A stretch of 64,000 bases of DNA, from assembly GCF_006345805.1 (NCBI RefSeq), contig NC_043017.1, positions 11,718,001-11,782,000 of the forward strand. Direction: 5' to 3'. The notes below the pieces were generated by a model. It saw only the letters and a list, made by a program, of their open reading frames with translations, was not told the origin of the DNA and did not search any database. A program made the translations under genes and the position numbers. Within the stretch, counting starts at the first letter, position 1; every line of letters begins with the position of its first letter. This stretch comes from Octopus sinensis (taxonomy: Eukaryota). Positions 25,322-38,636 of this stretch are shown piece after piece.

Positions 25322-25625
25322 ATAATAATAATGAAATTTTTGTATACAGTGCTCAGGTGCACCACAACTTGTCAAAAGTGTATATAAAGCATATGCAGTA
25401 ATGTATAAATGTCTGGAAAGTGAACAGTGTATGAGTCAGGTACATGCTTGCGTGTGTATGGAGGGTGGGGGGAATCAGGTGTAGTGTTGGCGAATCTCAA
25501 GAAGTATGGAAGTTTTGAAGGATGCAGTGCTCCGACAACTAACAACTGATGCCAGTAGTCTGTTCAATGCTTCAGCAACTCTTAGCGTGAAAAAATGTTT
25601 CTGAAAGTCATGGGAGCTGTGCTGG
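25322..25625 (-). mobile_element. CR1/L2-like LINE 3' end
   Basis: The minus strand encodes HDFQKHFFTLRVAEALNRLLASVVSCRSTASFKTSILLEIRQHYT* (cf. FF..RV...WN.LP..VV...S...FK), then a UTR and a (TTA)n tail. Confidence 0.75.
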
Positions 25626-26039
25626 TAAACATGTGTTTTTGTTTGTCTTCCACCACTGCTTGGTTTGTTTACATTCCCATGACTTAGCAATTCAGCACAA
25701 GAGACTGGTAAAATAAGTATCAGGCTTAAAAAATAAGAAATGGGGTCAATTATTTTTACTAAACCCTTCAAGTGCTCCAGCATGGCTGCAATCCAATGAC
25801 TAAAAGAAGCAAAAGAAAAAGGTATATATATGTATATCATATGGCTCCAGCTCTCAAGCTGAAACTAGTAAATAACGAATCATATCGAATACATGAAACA
25901 AATCAGCTGCAGTACATATTTAATATTGAAGCCTGATATTTATTCTGTCACTCTCATTTTGCCAAACCCTAAGTTAATGGGACATAAACAAACCAACAAA
26001 GATACACAGACATTGGAATATATATATATATATATATTT

Positions 26040-26445
26040 GGTGAAAAATGCGAGTGAAGATGTGCACGTTTTCATAGTGATGTATAAGTACGCACGTGGG
26101 TCCGCGAGCACACATGTAGGCGTATGAGTAGCCATGTTTATGTGTTTACTATGAACTTTTAATCTTAATTTATATAAGTAGCAGACTTATAACACAGTAA
26201 TATATATATATATATATACACATAATTTACAAGATAAGGGCAAAAGAAAAATTCTAGTGCCAAATATGCCGTAAAAAAGACAAAACTTTTCAATAACCAT
26301 TATAATTTATGCGTCTCAAAACAAACTGATAGAAATCTCTAAAAAATTCGTTATTACCGCATTGGTCGAATTTAGGGGTTAATTAATAATAAATTTTCAT
26401 TTGGCATTAGAATTTTTCTTTTGCCCTTATCTTGTAAATTATTTA
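26040..26445. mobile_element. Penelope-like terminal fragment with inverted ends
   Basis: ATAATTTACAAGATAAGGGCAAAAGAAAATTCTA (~26222) is inverted at ~26400-26442. Flanked by (TA)n. Confidence 0.55.
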
Positions 26446-26534
26446 TAAATTTAACCTTTAAAGTATTTTTTGATATGCTGGCGATTGATAAAATTTTTTT
26501 CCCCGAAAAAAATTTTATCCTACATTATTTATAA

Positions 26535-26574
<40 letters not shown>

Positions 26575-26979
26575 CAAGCTTCTTTCAGTTTCCATCTATG
26601 GAGTCCACTTGCAGGGCTTTGATCTGCTTGGGGCTACAGTAAGATAGACAAGGTGCTTTACAATGGGACTGAACCCTGAGCTATGAGGTTGGGAAGTGAA
26701 CTTCTTACCACACAACCACACCTGTGATCTATTTAGCAATACAAAACATAACTTATATTTATCTATATCTATCCTAAAACTGATAAACCAACTGAATTGT
26801 TTCTTCATTTTTCTTATTTGTAATATAAATTAATGGTATAATATTTCTTTACCTTCACCCATTTAATACAATAAGAAAGTTTATTGCAATTAAAAACACT
26901 TGGGTATTATACCAACAGTATATTGGATAAGTATTATCCCTTAGTGGGTTGGATCCACAACCCCTAACTTACTTAGCGT

Positions 26980-27011
<32 letters not shown>

Positions 27012-27276
27012 TGTTGTATTTAGGAATGGTCATTTTGCCAGTTTAGCCAATAAAAACACACACACTATATATTTGGTGTTACTTTGCTTCAGTGTTATTT
27101 ATTTTTTACATTAATCTTAATCTTATTTCGGCCAGAGTTCTTTCGTCACACTCCTGTGACCGCATCAGTGGTCCTTTGTTTTCTTCTTACTTAACACTGA
27201 AGCAAAGTAACACCAAATATATAGTGCGTGTCTTTTTATTGGCTAAACTGGCAAATGAGCATTCCTAAATACAACA
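27012..27276 (-). mobile_element. Penelope-like terminal fragment with ~86-bp inverted arms
   Basis: 27012-27097 is the reverse complement of 27192-27276. The spacer holds a hammerhead motif. Confidence 0.75.
27130..27174 (-). ncRNA. Minimal type I hammerhead ribozyme motif
   Basis: GGACCA-CUGAUGC-G-GUCACA-GGAG-UGUGAC-GAAA-GAAC-UC-UGGCC, with a perfect 6-bp stem II and stem I CCA/UGG. A9 is replaced by C. Confidence 0.65.
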
Positions 27277-27357
27277 TATCTGTTTCAAACACCCACTTCA
27301 CATAAAAAATCTTGCACACACAAATATTTAAACGTATATATATATATTTATATATAT

Positions 27358-27392
<35 letters not shown>

Positions 27393-27409
27393 CATACATA
27401 TATATATGT

Positions 27410-27625
27410 TTCTTTATTACCCACAAGGGGCTAAACACAGAGGGGACAAACAAATGAATTAAGTCGATTACATCGACTCCAGTGAGTAACTGGTACTTAA
27501 TTTATTGACCCCGAAAGGATGAAAGGCAAAGTCGACCTTGGCAGAATTTGAACTCAGAACATAATGGAAGACGAAATACGGCTACGCATTTCACCCAGCG
27601 TGCTAACGGTTCCGCCAGCTCGCTG
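27410..27625 (-). mobile_element. SINE family B
   Basis: Reverse complement of 11604-11837. Confidence 0.85.
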
Positions 27626-27972
27626 CCAGCATGAAAGGTGGATGTTAAGCGATGATGATAAGTATAAATTTGAATAGCTATTTCCTTAACAGAATTTTAC
27701 CGAACACCAGACACACTTGTTGAATATAGACAGAGTAAGATGTCAAATGTCTTTTAAGACTGTAGACAATTGAGAACAAGCAAGGATTAAAAGTAAGATC
27801 TGTTTAGCAAAACCAAATACAGCTTACGTTAAGTGAACTGGAATAATTATCCAGTCAGAGAGAACAAAGAACTAAATGACCGTAGTCAATCAATAAAGGT
27901 TTCTTAATGATAAGTGCACAAGCAGAATCTGAGAGATAATCTTTCAGGAAACCACTGGCAATTCAAAATACA

Positions 27973-28031
<59 letters not shown>

Positions 28032-28146
28032 TATATATATATATATATATGTGTATTATATATATGTATATATATGTGTATATATATATATGTATATATA
28101 TGTATATATATATATGTATGTATGTATATATGTATATATATATATG

Positions 28147-28187
<41 letters not shown>

Positions 28188-28190
28188 TTA

Positions 28191-28534
28191 GGCGCGTGGC
28201 TCAGTGGTTAGAGCGTCGAGCCTACAATTGTGAGGTTGTGAGCTTGAATCCCGGACCGGCTTGCGTGTTGTGTTCTTGAGCAAGACACTTTATTTCACGT
28301 TGCTCCAGTTCACTCAGCTGTAGAAATGAGTTGCGACGTCACAAGTGCCAAGCTGTATCGGCCCTTGCCTTTCCCTTGGACAACATCGGTGACGTGGAGA
28401 GGGGAGACCGGTATGCATGAGCGACTGCTGGTCTTCCATAAAACAACCTTGCCCAGACTTGTGCCTCAGAGGGTAACTCTCTAGGTGCAAACCCATGGTC
28501 AGTGTCTGACCGAAGGGGGTCAAAAAAAAAAAAA
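28191..28534 (+). mobile_element. tRNA-derived SINE family D, full length with poly(A)
   Basis: A box TGGCTCAGTGG and B-box-like GCTTGAATCCC, central CTTGAGCAAGACACTTT domain, A-tail. A diverged second copy lies at ~62570-62810. Confidence 0.85.
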
Positions 28535-28720
28535 TATATATATATGTATATATATATGTGTATGTATATATATGTATGCGTATGTATATATATGTATGTA
28601 TATATATATATGTATGTATATATGTATGTATATGTATGTATGTATATATGTATGTATAATGTATGTATATATGGATATGTATTATATGTATATATATGTA
28701 TGTATATATATATATATATG

Positions 28721-28768
<48 letters not shown>

Positions 28769-29479
28769 TATGTATATATATATATGCATATATATATGTA
28801 TATATATGTATATATATATATATGCATATATATATGTTATATATGTATATATATATGCATGTGTATATATGTATATATATATATATTCATATATGCATGT
28901 GTGTATATATGTATATATATGTATATATATATGCATGTGTATATATGTATATATATATATATTCATATATGCATGTGTGTATATATGTATATATATGTAT
29001 ATATATATGCATGTGTATATATGTATATATATATATATTCATATATGCATGTGTGTATATATGTATATATATGTATATATATATATATTTATATATGCAT
29101 GTGTATATATATGTATATATATATAGTACACTTATTGTTTTCTTTTTCTTTGTGTGTGTGTGTAATATCACTGACTGAAATCTGAATGACTTCAAAAAAT
29201 AGGAATCTTGTTCCATGTATCAATTTGCTATGTGAACACTAACATTAAAATAACCAGTATCTCTCACATCCTCACTCCATATTTCTAGCAGTAAATTCAT
29301 CTTAAACTTACGTCACATTTTATGCTGTCTTTGGGGGAACTAAAACTTGGAAGGAATGTAATAGATTTTGCTTAAATTTATATTTATGTGGAAAAAAAAA
29401 AAAAAAGGACACCAGAATATTTGAAAATCTTTTATGGTCTTTTTGTAGTATAAAAACCAAGAAATATACTTAAAGTCAA

Positions 29480-30290
29480 TTTAGGCACAGGTATGGTTGT
29501 GTGTGGTTAAGAAACTCACTTTGCACCTGTTTGGTTTCAGGTTCAGTCCTATAGCACAGCAACTTGTGAAAATGTTCTCTACTGTGACCCCAAGGCAAGC
29601 AATACCTTGAGATGGATGAATTTGAGAAACAAAAACCATATGCAAGCTTGTTGTACATATATGTGTGTGTGTGTGTGTACCCCACCCATTTCTTAACAAT
29701 CAGTGTTGGTTTGTTGATGTCCTCATAACTTACCAGTTTGTCAGAATTGATTGACAGAATAAGTACCAGACTCTTGGTAGTACTCAGGCGAGGGGGCCCG
29801 GCCGCGACTTGTGGTTCGGCAGTTTCGTGAAGAAACTGCGCGCAAGGAGAGAGAAGGAATAGGCGTTGGCAGCGGAACAAAGCATGACTGCTGAAGCCAA
29901 CACCTGCGTTACAGTCGGAGGCGCTAGGGCCCCGGCCGACGCCACGGTCGGTGAGGTAGGAAGGAAGGAAGAGTTAAATGTCATGGAGCTGCAAAGCGTG
30001 CAGCACCGTCGCCGAGCGCCATGTATGTCGGGCTGGCATCGGCAGGGCGTTGCGTGGTTGGCAGCAGTGAGAGCGGGCTGCTGCACTGCTGCTTACTACT
30101 GTGCTGTTAGAGGGCCTAAACAAAAGTATCTGGTAGTACTCGGGCGAGGGGGCCCGGCTGCGACTTGTAGTTTTGTAGGCGGATCGCAAAACTAGGTACT
30201 GAGGTTGATTTGTTTGATTTGTTCAACTAGAACCTGTCAAGGTGGTGCCCCAGCATGGCCACAGTTCAATGACAGAAACAAAAGTTTAAA
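29480..30290 (+). mobile_element. Old family A-like SINE interrupted by a GC-rich insert
   Basis: Head at ~29490 and tail AAGGTGGTGCCCCAGCATGGCC...GAAACAAAAG at ~30240-30285. The body is split at AATAAGTACCAGAC | GGTACTGAGGTTGATTTG. Confidence 0.7.
29772..30195. other. Unclassified GC-rich insert with 42-bp terminal direct repeats
   Basis: Repeats at 29775-29816 and 30131-30172 (39/42 identical), each followed by a hairpin. Confidence 0.75.
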
Positions 30291-30920
30291 AATAAATAGA
30301 GCATATTGATACTGACCGAGTTGAAATAATATCTCTCTGTGTTGTACGAATAGCTTCATGCACTTATAAAATCCATAAAATACTTTGGACAATTCTTTAC
30401 ATGGCAAAATATTGACTGTTCTTCAGAAAGAGAATTTTATTTCAGCATTATCAGTATCAATACATTGATGGGAAAAAGTGAATTTAGGCTTCTTTAGAAA
30501 GTCTCAAGAAAAAAACTTCGGTGAAGTTTATTAGCCTGTTTGGAATCCAATTATACAATTGTTGGCCTTTAAATGCCAAAATGTTAGAGTATGGATGCTA
30601 GACCTGAAAAGTCAAAGTGAAAAACATTTGAAAGTTCAGAATGCTAGGCAGGAATGTAAACATTTGGGATGTTCCATGTTTAATTATTTAACTCCAGAAT
30701 GTGGACAAGCAATTTTCAAAATATTACTTGAAGCACAAAAATTTGACATTAGTTCATACATCACACACACACACTTCCATACACACACACACATGCAAAC
30801 ACACACACACACACTTATGTATGTGTACATGTACATATAATAGTGTTCAACTAATATTTTATTGATTTGCTCCTAAAATCATAAGAGTATTGATAAGAGA
30901 GATAGTGTTTATCCCTTTAG

Positions 30921-31322
30921 TCATCATCATCATCATCATCATCATCATCGTTTAGCGTCCGCTTTCCATGCTAGCATGGGTTGGACGGTTCTACTGGGGT
31001 CTGTGAAGCCAGAAGGCTTCATCAGGCCCAGTCAAATCTGGCAGTGTTTCTACGGCTGGATGCCCTTCCTAACGCCAACCACTCCGTGAGTGTAGTGGGT
31101 GCTTTTTACGTGCCAACCGCACAGGTGCCAGACAGAGCTGGCAAACGGCCATGAACGGATGGTGCTTTTTATGTGCCACCGGCACGAGGGCCAAGCGAGG
31201 CTGGCAACGGACACGAACGGATGGTGCTTTTTACGTGCCATCGGCACAAGGTCAGTGCTGGCAACGGTCGCGAAATGGAAGGTTCTCTTACATGCCACCG
31301 GCACTGGTAACACATCTGCAAT
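30921..31322 (-). mobile_element. Family C retroelement with ~4 internal ~60-bp repeats
   Basis: Begins with (CAT)n then CGTTTAGCGTCCGCTTTCC. Repeated GGTGCTTTTTACGTGCCA units. Confidence 0.8.
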
Positions 31323-32055
31323 TTCCATTAGTGTTCATATTATTCTGTCAAATGTGATGTTTGTTTATTTAAAATGGTTTGAATTAATCATGCATTATCT
31401 TGTAATTTAGAGATTGCAGTGATGTGATTTTTTTTAGTTTTAGAATGACATGGTAGGGCTGAGGTGAGAGGCGAGCTCTGGTCAGTTTCAATATAAAACA
31501 GATTAAATATTTTGGCTGGATATGGCCAGTTTGAATGCTAAAGGGTTATAGTTTTCAGATATGCACAACACAGCACTTGGAAGGAAATGAATAACAATGT
31601 AAAATAATTTATGGAGCATAATATTTGGGTTTTGGAAATATACATAAAGTCTGTACCTTGGAAAATGGGATTCTAAATTCTTGATTATCATATGTTACCT
31701 TTTGTTAATGAGAGAGACAGCGGGGAGAGAGAGAGTGTGATTACATCATGGACAGTATCAGAGATAGGCAACAGCAAGAATAATGAGCTGGTAGGGAGGG
31801 AGGGAGAAGTACAAGAGCATGATGGCAGACTGGATAACACTTGAAATGTAATCTCTCTTTACACAGGCATCGAGAAAGAATAGAGATGTAGAGTGGTAAA
31901 GATAGTTGTGAGGCTGAGGACAGGCATTCAATGCAATCGTGTGGAAATGTAGAATTTTGAAATGCCATTGTATATACATATGTATAAATACATACAACAT
32001 ACATACACACACACACATATATATACACACACACACAGAAGCACATACAAATATA

Positions 32056-32102
<47 letters not shown>

Positions 32103-32154
32103 ATATATATATACACATGCACATACATATGCATACATATACACATATATATAT

Positions 32155-32185
<31 letters not shown>

Positions 32186-32226
32186 TGTGCATGTTTAAAG
32201 TATACATACATCAATTATATGATATG

Positions 32227-32269
<43 letters not shown>

Positions 32270-32689
32270 TATATATATATATACTATATATACATATACA
32301 CACACACACACATATATATATATTATATATATATATATAATGTACATATATATATATTTATATTATAATATATATATATACACATATAGACACATATATA
32401 TTATGTATATATATATATATATAATATATTATATATATATATATATATACACACACACATACACACACACATATATATATATATGTATATGTAGAAGCAT
32501 TACTAGTTTTCCTACCTCTTCACAAAGTGGTTAATTTAGAAAATATTTATTACAGCGAACCATCTTTGCATTCTTTAACTTTCATCTAATATTTTTGAGA
32601 AGGAATCATAAACAACTTTCTAAGAGTAGATATTTTAATTAAAACTACTGTGTTGATATCAGAATCTATAAAGAAAATGAATATAGCAT

Positions 32690-32728
32690 CTATCTATCCA
32701 TCCATCTATCTATCTATCTATCCATCTG

Positions 32729-32769
<41 letters not shown>

Positions 32770-32781
32770 ATCTATCTAATA

Positions 32782-32819
<38 letters not shown>

Positions 32820-32845
32820 GTCTGTCTGTCTGTCTGTCTGTCTTC

Positions 32846-32881
<36 letters not shown>

Positions 32882-32899
32882 GCCTATCTATCTATCTTC

Positions 32900-32933
<34 letters not shown>

Positions 32934-32942
32934 GCCTATCTA
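32690..32942. repeat. (TATC)n/(TGTC)n microsatellite
   Basis: Directly visible. Confidence 0.95.
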
Positions 32943-33001
32943 CATAAATATATATATATATGTAAATATATGTATGTATATACATATATATATAATTGTG
33001 G

Positions 33002-33032
<31 letters not shown>

Positions 33033-33047
33033 GTACGTGTACATATA

Positions 33048-33102
<55 letters not shown>

Positions 33103-33187
33103 GGTGGGGTTATTGTTTCTAGATAATATCAAATTAAACTGAACACAGGAAACAAAATATTGCTCTTTGATGGAAAACAATAATACT

Positions 33188-33229
<42 letters not shown>

Positions 33230-33369
33230 ATGGAGTTGTTCAGATCGAAGTCAGTAATGATCACGCAGAGTTTTGATCACTGGTGTTCCATGACACCAAG
33301 TTTAAACAGATTTTTCCAATAACAGCTTTGAACCAGCCAAATAAAGGTGACAGAAACTTGTGTGGAACA

Positions 33370-33680
33370 TACACACATACATACATACGTACATACGTAC
33401 ATGCGTACATACATACATATGTACATACAAACGTACATACATACATACATACATACATGCGTACATACATACATGCGTACATACGTACATACATATGTAC
33501 ATACATACATACGTACATACATACATACATACATACATACATGCGTACATACGTACATACATACATACGTACATACATAAATATGTACATACAAACATAC
33601 ATACATACGTACATACATACATGCGTACACACATACATACATACATACATACATACATACATACACACACATACATACAT

Positions 33681-33711
<31 letters not shown>

Positions 33712-33756
33712 TGCATACATACATACATACATACATACATACATACATACATACAC

Positions 33757-33787
<31 letters not shown>

Positions 33788-33811
33788 TGCATACATACAT
33801 ACATACATACA
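33370..33811. repeat. (TACA)n microsatellite with TACG variants
   Basis: Directly visible; source of the MYVC/HTYI ORFs. Confidence 0.95.
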
Positions 33812-34290
33812 ACTGATGTTAACATAAAGCTGAAGATCAGTGAAAAAAAGAACACCTATGCTGAACTATTGAGAAATCTGCTGTTACTCTATCCAGATTA
33901 CAAGTTCAGGTTTATACCCGTAATTATTGGGGCCCTGGGAAATGTAACACATTGCCTAAATACCAATCTTGAGAAATTAGGCTTCTCAAAACCAGAAAGG
34001 TGAACGCTAATTCGAAGACTACAGATCCAATCCATCACTGGAACTGTAAAAACCTGTAAAACTTTCCAGACGTTTATCATTTAAATATATATGAGCATGT
34101 CTAGACATGCAAGTATATACATGAGAATACATACATAAAACAAAACATACAAATCTGAACATATACATACATACAAACAAAAATACCTTGTTGTTGATGT
34201 TGAAATTCCCTTGAAGGAGCCTTGGATCTAGGTTAGAAACTGGCTCTTTCTCAATTGGCAAGAAATCTTGAAATAAAACTGAATAATGGC
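33812..34290 (+). mobile_element. R4/Dong-like (restriction-like endonuclease) non-LTR retrotransposon 3' end
   Basis: 33812-34084 translates to TDVNIKLKISEKKNTYAELLRNLLLLYPDYKFRFIPVIIGALGNVTHCLNTNLEKLGFSKPER*TLIRRLQIQSITGTVKTCKTFQTFII*, matching the RLE-clade tail EK..KY..L...PV.IGALG...L..LG...Q...GT..I...F. Confidence 0.75.
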
Positions 34291-36179
34291 ATATGTACAT
34301 ATGTACATACATACATAGATAGATGCATACATATATACATACACACACACACACATACACATGTGTATGTATGTGTGTGTGTGTGTGTGTTTATATACAT
34401 GTATATAATCTTGGTGTTTATCACATAAAGCACTTTCACAGACACTAGCTATCAGAAGACTGGAAAGTGGAGAGCTTTTTCACTCCACCACTTCCATTTT
34501 CTGAAATTACACAAATATCCATTGAGTATTTATAAAGACAAATATCAAATTGCTAACTTTATCCTTTGATACTTGCTATAGTGTATGTGTGCATGCACAC
34601 ACACACACCTCTATCATTTTGTGCGTTCACTTAAATACTTAATCTAACTTTTTGTAGACCTGCCTAGTGCAGTTTTTAATGATTTAAACAAATTTTGCCA
34701 TTGTACAAGTGACTAGCGTTCAAACAGATGAAATGGTATAATGACGGGTGTCTATTTACTTTTGAAATACCTGCGTGAGTGTGTGCGTGTGTGTGTGTGT
34801 ATGTGTGTTTAGTCAGTTACGCATATAGAAGCTTTGCTCTTGTAGCTTAAAACTTGTAGCACATGAAAAGAACTTTTCAAAATATGTAAGCAGTTACTTA
34901 GAATCTGGTACATTGTTAGGAACATTAGTAGTTGAGTACATTACAATAACGGTAGTCAAACTACAATACAGGCTATTAGTATCTCTGTCAGTATCACGAG
35001 AAATAAACTTATAAAAGTATTTCGATGCCATCTTTAAATTCTGACAATTAGAAGAGTAGATATTATCCAGCATACAATAAAATAATAGTAGCATCAATGA
35101 GACATTGGTTTGATTTAAACCAGACAGAACTTTATTAGTAAGAATGGTGAAAGACAGTTTCTCTTGTGAAGAAGTATTTTAATTTTGCTGAACATACAAG
35201 CCTGGTGGGATAAAAATTAAATAACTTTCTTCTCACATCTTTTTACCTATTTCCAACCAGTAACCTTCTGTTCTATGCCAACTGTTCATTACTAAATAAA
35301 AAAAGAATAACCACTTAATTTCAAATTCTCTAATGATTTCTTACCTTAATCTAACCCATTATTATTATTATTATTATTGTTGTTGTTGTTGTTGTCTATT
35401 TCTTTGGAAAGTTATTGCCAAGATCGATGTGAATGATGTAAAATGTGTCATGATGCATCTAAACGAGTTGAAGAAACATAACAATAAAAGAACTTTAGCC
35501 TGTGATCAACAGACACATTTGTCCCATGCAAAATCAAAATCTTCGTAGTGTCATGGGAAGGTGAACAGTGAAATGTTGATGGCTTTTATAAATATGCCCA
35601 AGATGTGCAAGTGTGGTATGGTTCTCCAAGTTGTGTAGGAGAGCAGTAATGAGCCATGCAATTGATGCCAACATTGAAAGTGCGTGTGTGTGTGTGCATT
35701 ATCATCATCATCATCGTTTAACATCTGGTTTCCATGCTGGCATGGGTTGGAGGATTTGCCTATATGTGTGTGCATGCCTGTTGATGCAATAGAATGGAAA
35801 TGTGATGCATATAGAGGATAAGAAATGGGCAAAGAAGCATTAGTAGGCCAAAGTGTAAGAGAACAATAGAAGAGAAGAACAAGGAATATAGAGGCAGAAG
35901 TGGTGGAAAACTGATCTCAGGATATTGAAACTTACAAAAGAGATGATAGAAGTTGGCAACAAATGGAGAAATGGTGTGTTGGTAAAGATACATCCAAGAT
36001 AGACAAGCATGGAAAAATGGACACAAAAAGGATGATGATAATGATGATGACAATGATGATAGCGATGATGATACACACATAAATATATGTGTGTTGCTTT
36101 AGAAATATAAACACACATATATAATGTATGTATATATTTTACAATACACATATATAATGTGTGTGTTTGTGTGTGTGTA

Positions 36180-36211
<32 letters not shown>

Positions 36212-37128
36212 ATATAATATATATGTATCCTAGTGAGTTTTAGAATTTAATCTAAACTAAGCCAAAATACCTCTTATTGGTAATGGCTCTAACATCCACC
36301 ACTTTTAATTACTCATAAAATGTCAATTTTCAATTTTAATTTTGCATCAGAAAAATCTCCTAAACGTAAATGTATAGTCTTTTGTTCAGGTACTTAATAT
36401 GAAATTTACTGGAACAACGTGATGCTTTATCAACACAGCATGATGTTTGCAACTGTCATATAGACATGCGAATTTATAAATAACATTGCTGGCATTCAAT
36501 AGATTATCAACCAACCACTTTTCCCAATGTCATAGCTGATATGGCTTAAAAGACTATTTTAGATAATTAAATCCTAATTATAAAGAATTAGAATTACATT
36601 GCTATTAGGTTCCTAGGATTTAATATTTGGCTTTATAATTAAGAGGTCTATTAGCTGCCATATATCTCGAGCTTTCTTTTGATATTGTAAAAATTCACAC
36701 GTACCGTAATTTGTCAGTTAATTGTCTGCTTTCATCATTCGATAATTACATACATTCGTCAATAAATGCATCAAAGTTGTAGTTAATGACTATAAGCTGA
36801 TATATTGTGCATATATCATTAATTAAGGTGTCATTGATGGATGAGACTGAAGGGGAACAGATGAATATTGTATTTATATTTACTATTGGAAAGTTTACAC
36901 CGAACTGGGCATTCTCAATTAAAAGTCAGTGTAGATTTGTGGCCCATCATATTACAAAATTGAATGATATATGTGTATATATATATATATATGTGTGTGT
37001 GTATGTGTATATATAATAGTATATATATATATATATATATACATATATATAATAGTATATATATATAGATATATATACACACATATATATAATAGTATAT
37101 AGTGGGGGGAAGCTTATCAATAGCTTTT

Positions 37129-37164
<36 letters not shown>

Positions 37165-38210
37165 CGTATATATAATAGTATATACATATGTGGATGTATG
37201 GGTTTCCGTTTATGCATGCATCACACACATGCATTGTCATCCATTCATGATATAATGAAAATGTTGTTATGCATCTGCCTAAACCATACATAACTCCATA
37301 ACATTCCCCATGCATTTATTGATGTGATACAACGAACGTGTGAAGAGACATGTATGTTTGTATGCATGATTATTGCATCTCTCAAAGGTGTGAAAGCAAA
37401 TGTGTAGACATGTGCCTCTCTGTGTGTGTGTATGTGTTTGTGACTCTGCAAGAATATTTGTCAGCATATGCACAGTATATATTTTACACGTGGAGGTCTT
37501 TGAATGTGTGTGTATGTGTTTGTGTGTATGCATCAGGTGTTTCTGCCACATTGCCATTTAGATGTAACTCAGCCGTTTAATCCCCCAGTTCCTATCAAGA
37601 TAGTGGTGTTGGTGGTAGTGGTTGTAGGGGTGGGGACCATATTGACTAAGTGTGACTACGTGCAGAAGACACAAGTCACTAGTAAATGTTTAGCTCACTG
37701 AAAAATTCAAACAAACCACCAACGCCACTGCTGTCATCACCACCACCATCACCACTGCCACCATCATCTAATGAGAGAGCCTTTAAGTGGTTGCTTGACC
37801 TCCTAGAAATGAGTGTCAAGTCTTCCTTACATTACACACTACACTACCATCAAAGAAAAGACATGTTGGATCTTGTTTCTTGTTCATAGGAGTAGGACAG
37901 GATTGTCACAACTGGAATGCCTTTGATCACATCCCAGATCACCTTAATAAAAGTTAAACTGCACAGAGGTTGTGCATAAAAACAATAATAAAAACAACAC
38001 CAACTCTAGTTACACTTTTAGATCCACTTAATGGTTCTAAAGTATAAAAGGGGTGGGAGTACCAAAATATGACAGGATGCTGTAAATTGGTTAGAGGTGG
38101 AATTTTGAATCCCAGTTCAACTTACTTTCAGTCTTGATTCTTTTTCCCATCTTTTTCTATGCAACAACAGCTAAATGAGGAGCCCTTTTAGATTATTTAC
38201 TTGTGTGATA

Positions 38211-38636
38211 GGCGCAGGAGTGGCTGTGTGGTAAGTAGCTTGCTAACCAACCATATGGTTCCGGGTTCAGTCTCACTGCGTGGCATCTTGGGCAAGTGTC
38301 TTCTGCTATAGCCCCGGGTCGACCAATGCCTTGTGAGTGGATTTGGTAGACGGAAACTGAAAGAAGCCTGTCGTATATATGTATATATATATATATATAT
38401 ACATATGTGTGTGTATGTGTTTGTGTGTCTGTCTTTGTCCTCCTAGCATTGCTTGACAACCGATGCTGGTGTGTTTACGTCCCCGTCACTTAGCGGTTCG
38501 GCAAAAGAGACCGATAGAATAAGTACTGGGCTTACAAAGAATAAGTCACGGGGTCGATTTGCTTGACTAAAGGCGGTGCTCCAGCATGGCCGCAGTCAAA
38601 TGACTGAAACAAGTAAAAGAGTAAAGAGTAAAGAGT
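38211..38636 (+). mobile_element. SINE family A, full length
   Basis: Consensus match, with probable TSD GTGATAGG on both sides. Confidence 0.92.

Noticed and set aside
26330-26375. Possible hammerhead on the minus strand (CCAAUGCGGUAAUAACGAAU)
   Set aside because: There are too many core deviations and no clear stems; at most a decayed relic.
28191-28262. tRNA gene (likewise the heads of family A/E copies)
   Set aside because: A and B boxes are present, but there is no acceptor-stem pairing or Pol III terminator, and it continues into a SINE body and A-tail.
29775-30172. CRISPR, tRNA primer-binding site or HDV ribozyme reading of the 42-bp repeats
   Set aside because: There are only two repeats in a eukaryotic context. 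TGGTAGTACTC matches no tRNA 3' end I recognise, and the HDV P1/P1.1 pairings cannot be built.
29866-30195. 109-aa ORF in the GC-rich insert
   Set aside because: It has no recognisable motif, and both strands are open, as expected for GC-rich DNA.
35400-35548. Coding-looking stretch KIDVNDVKCVMMHLNELKKH...
   Set aside because: It has no recognisable domain and no convincing acceptor/donor pair.
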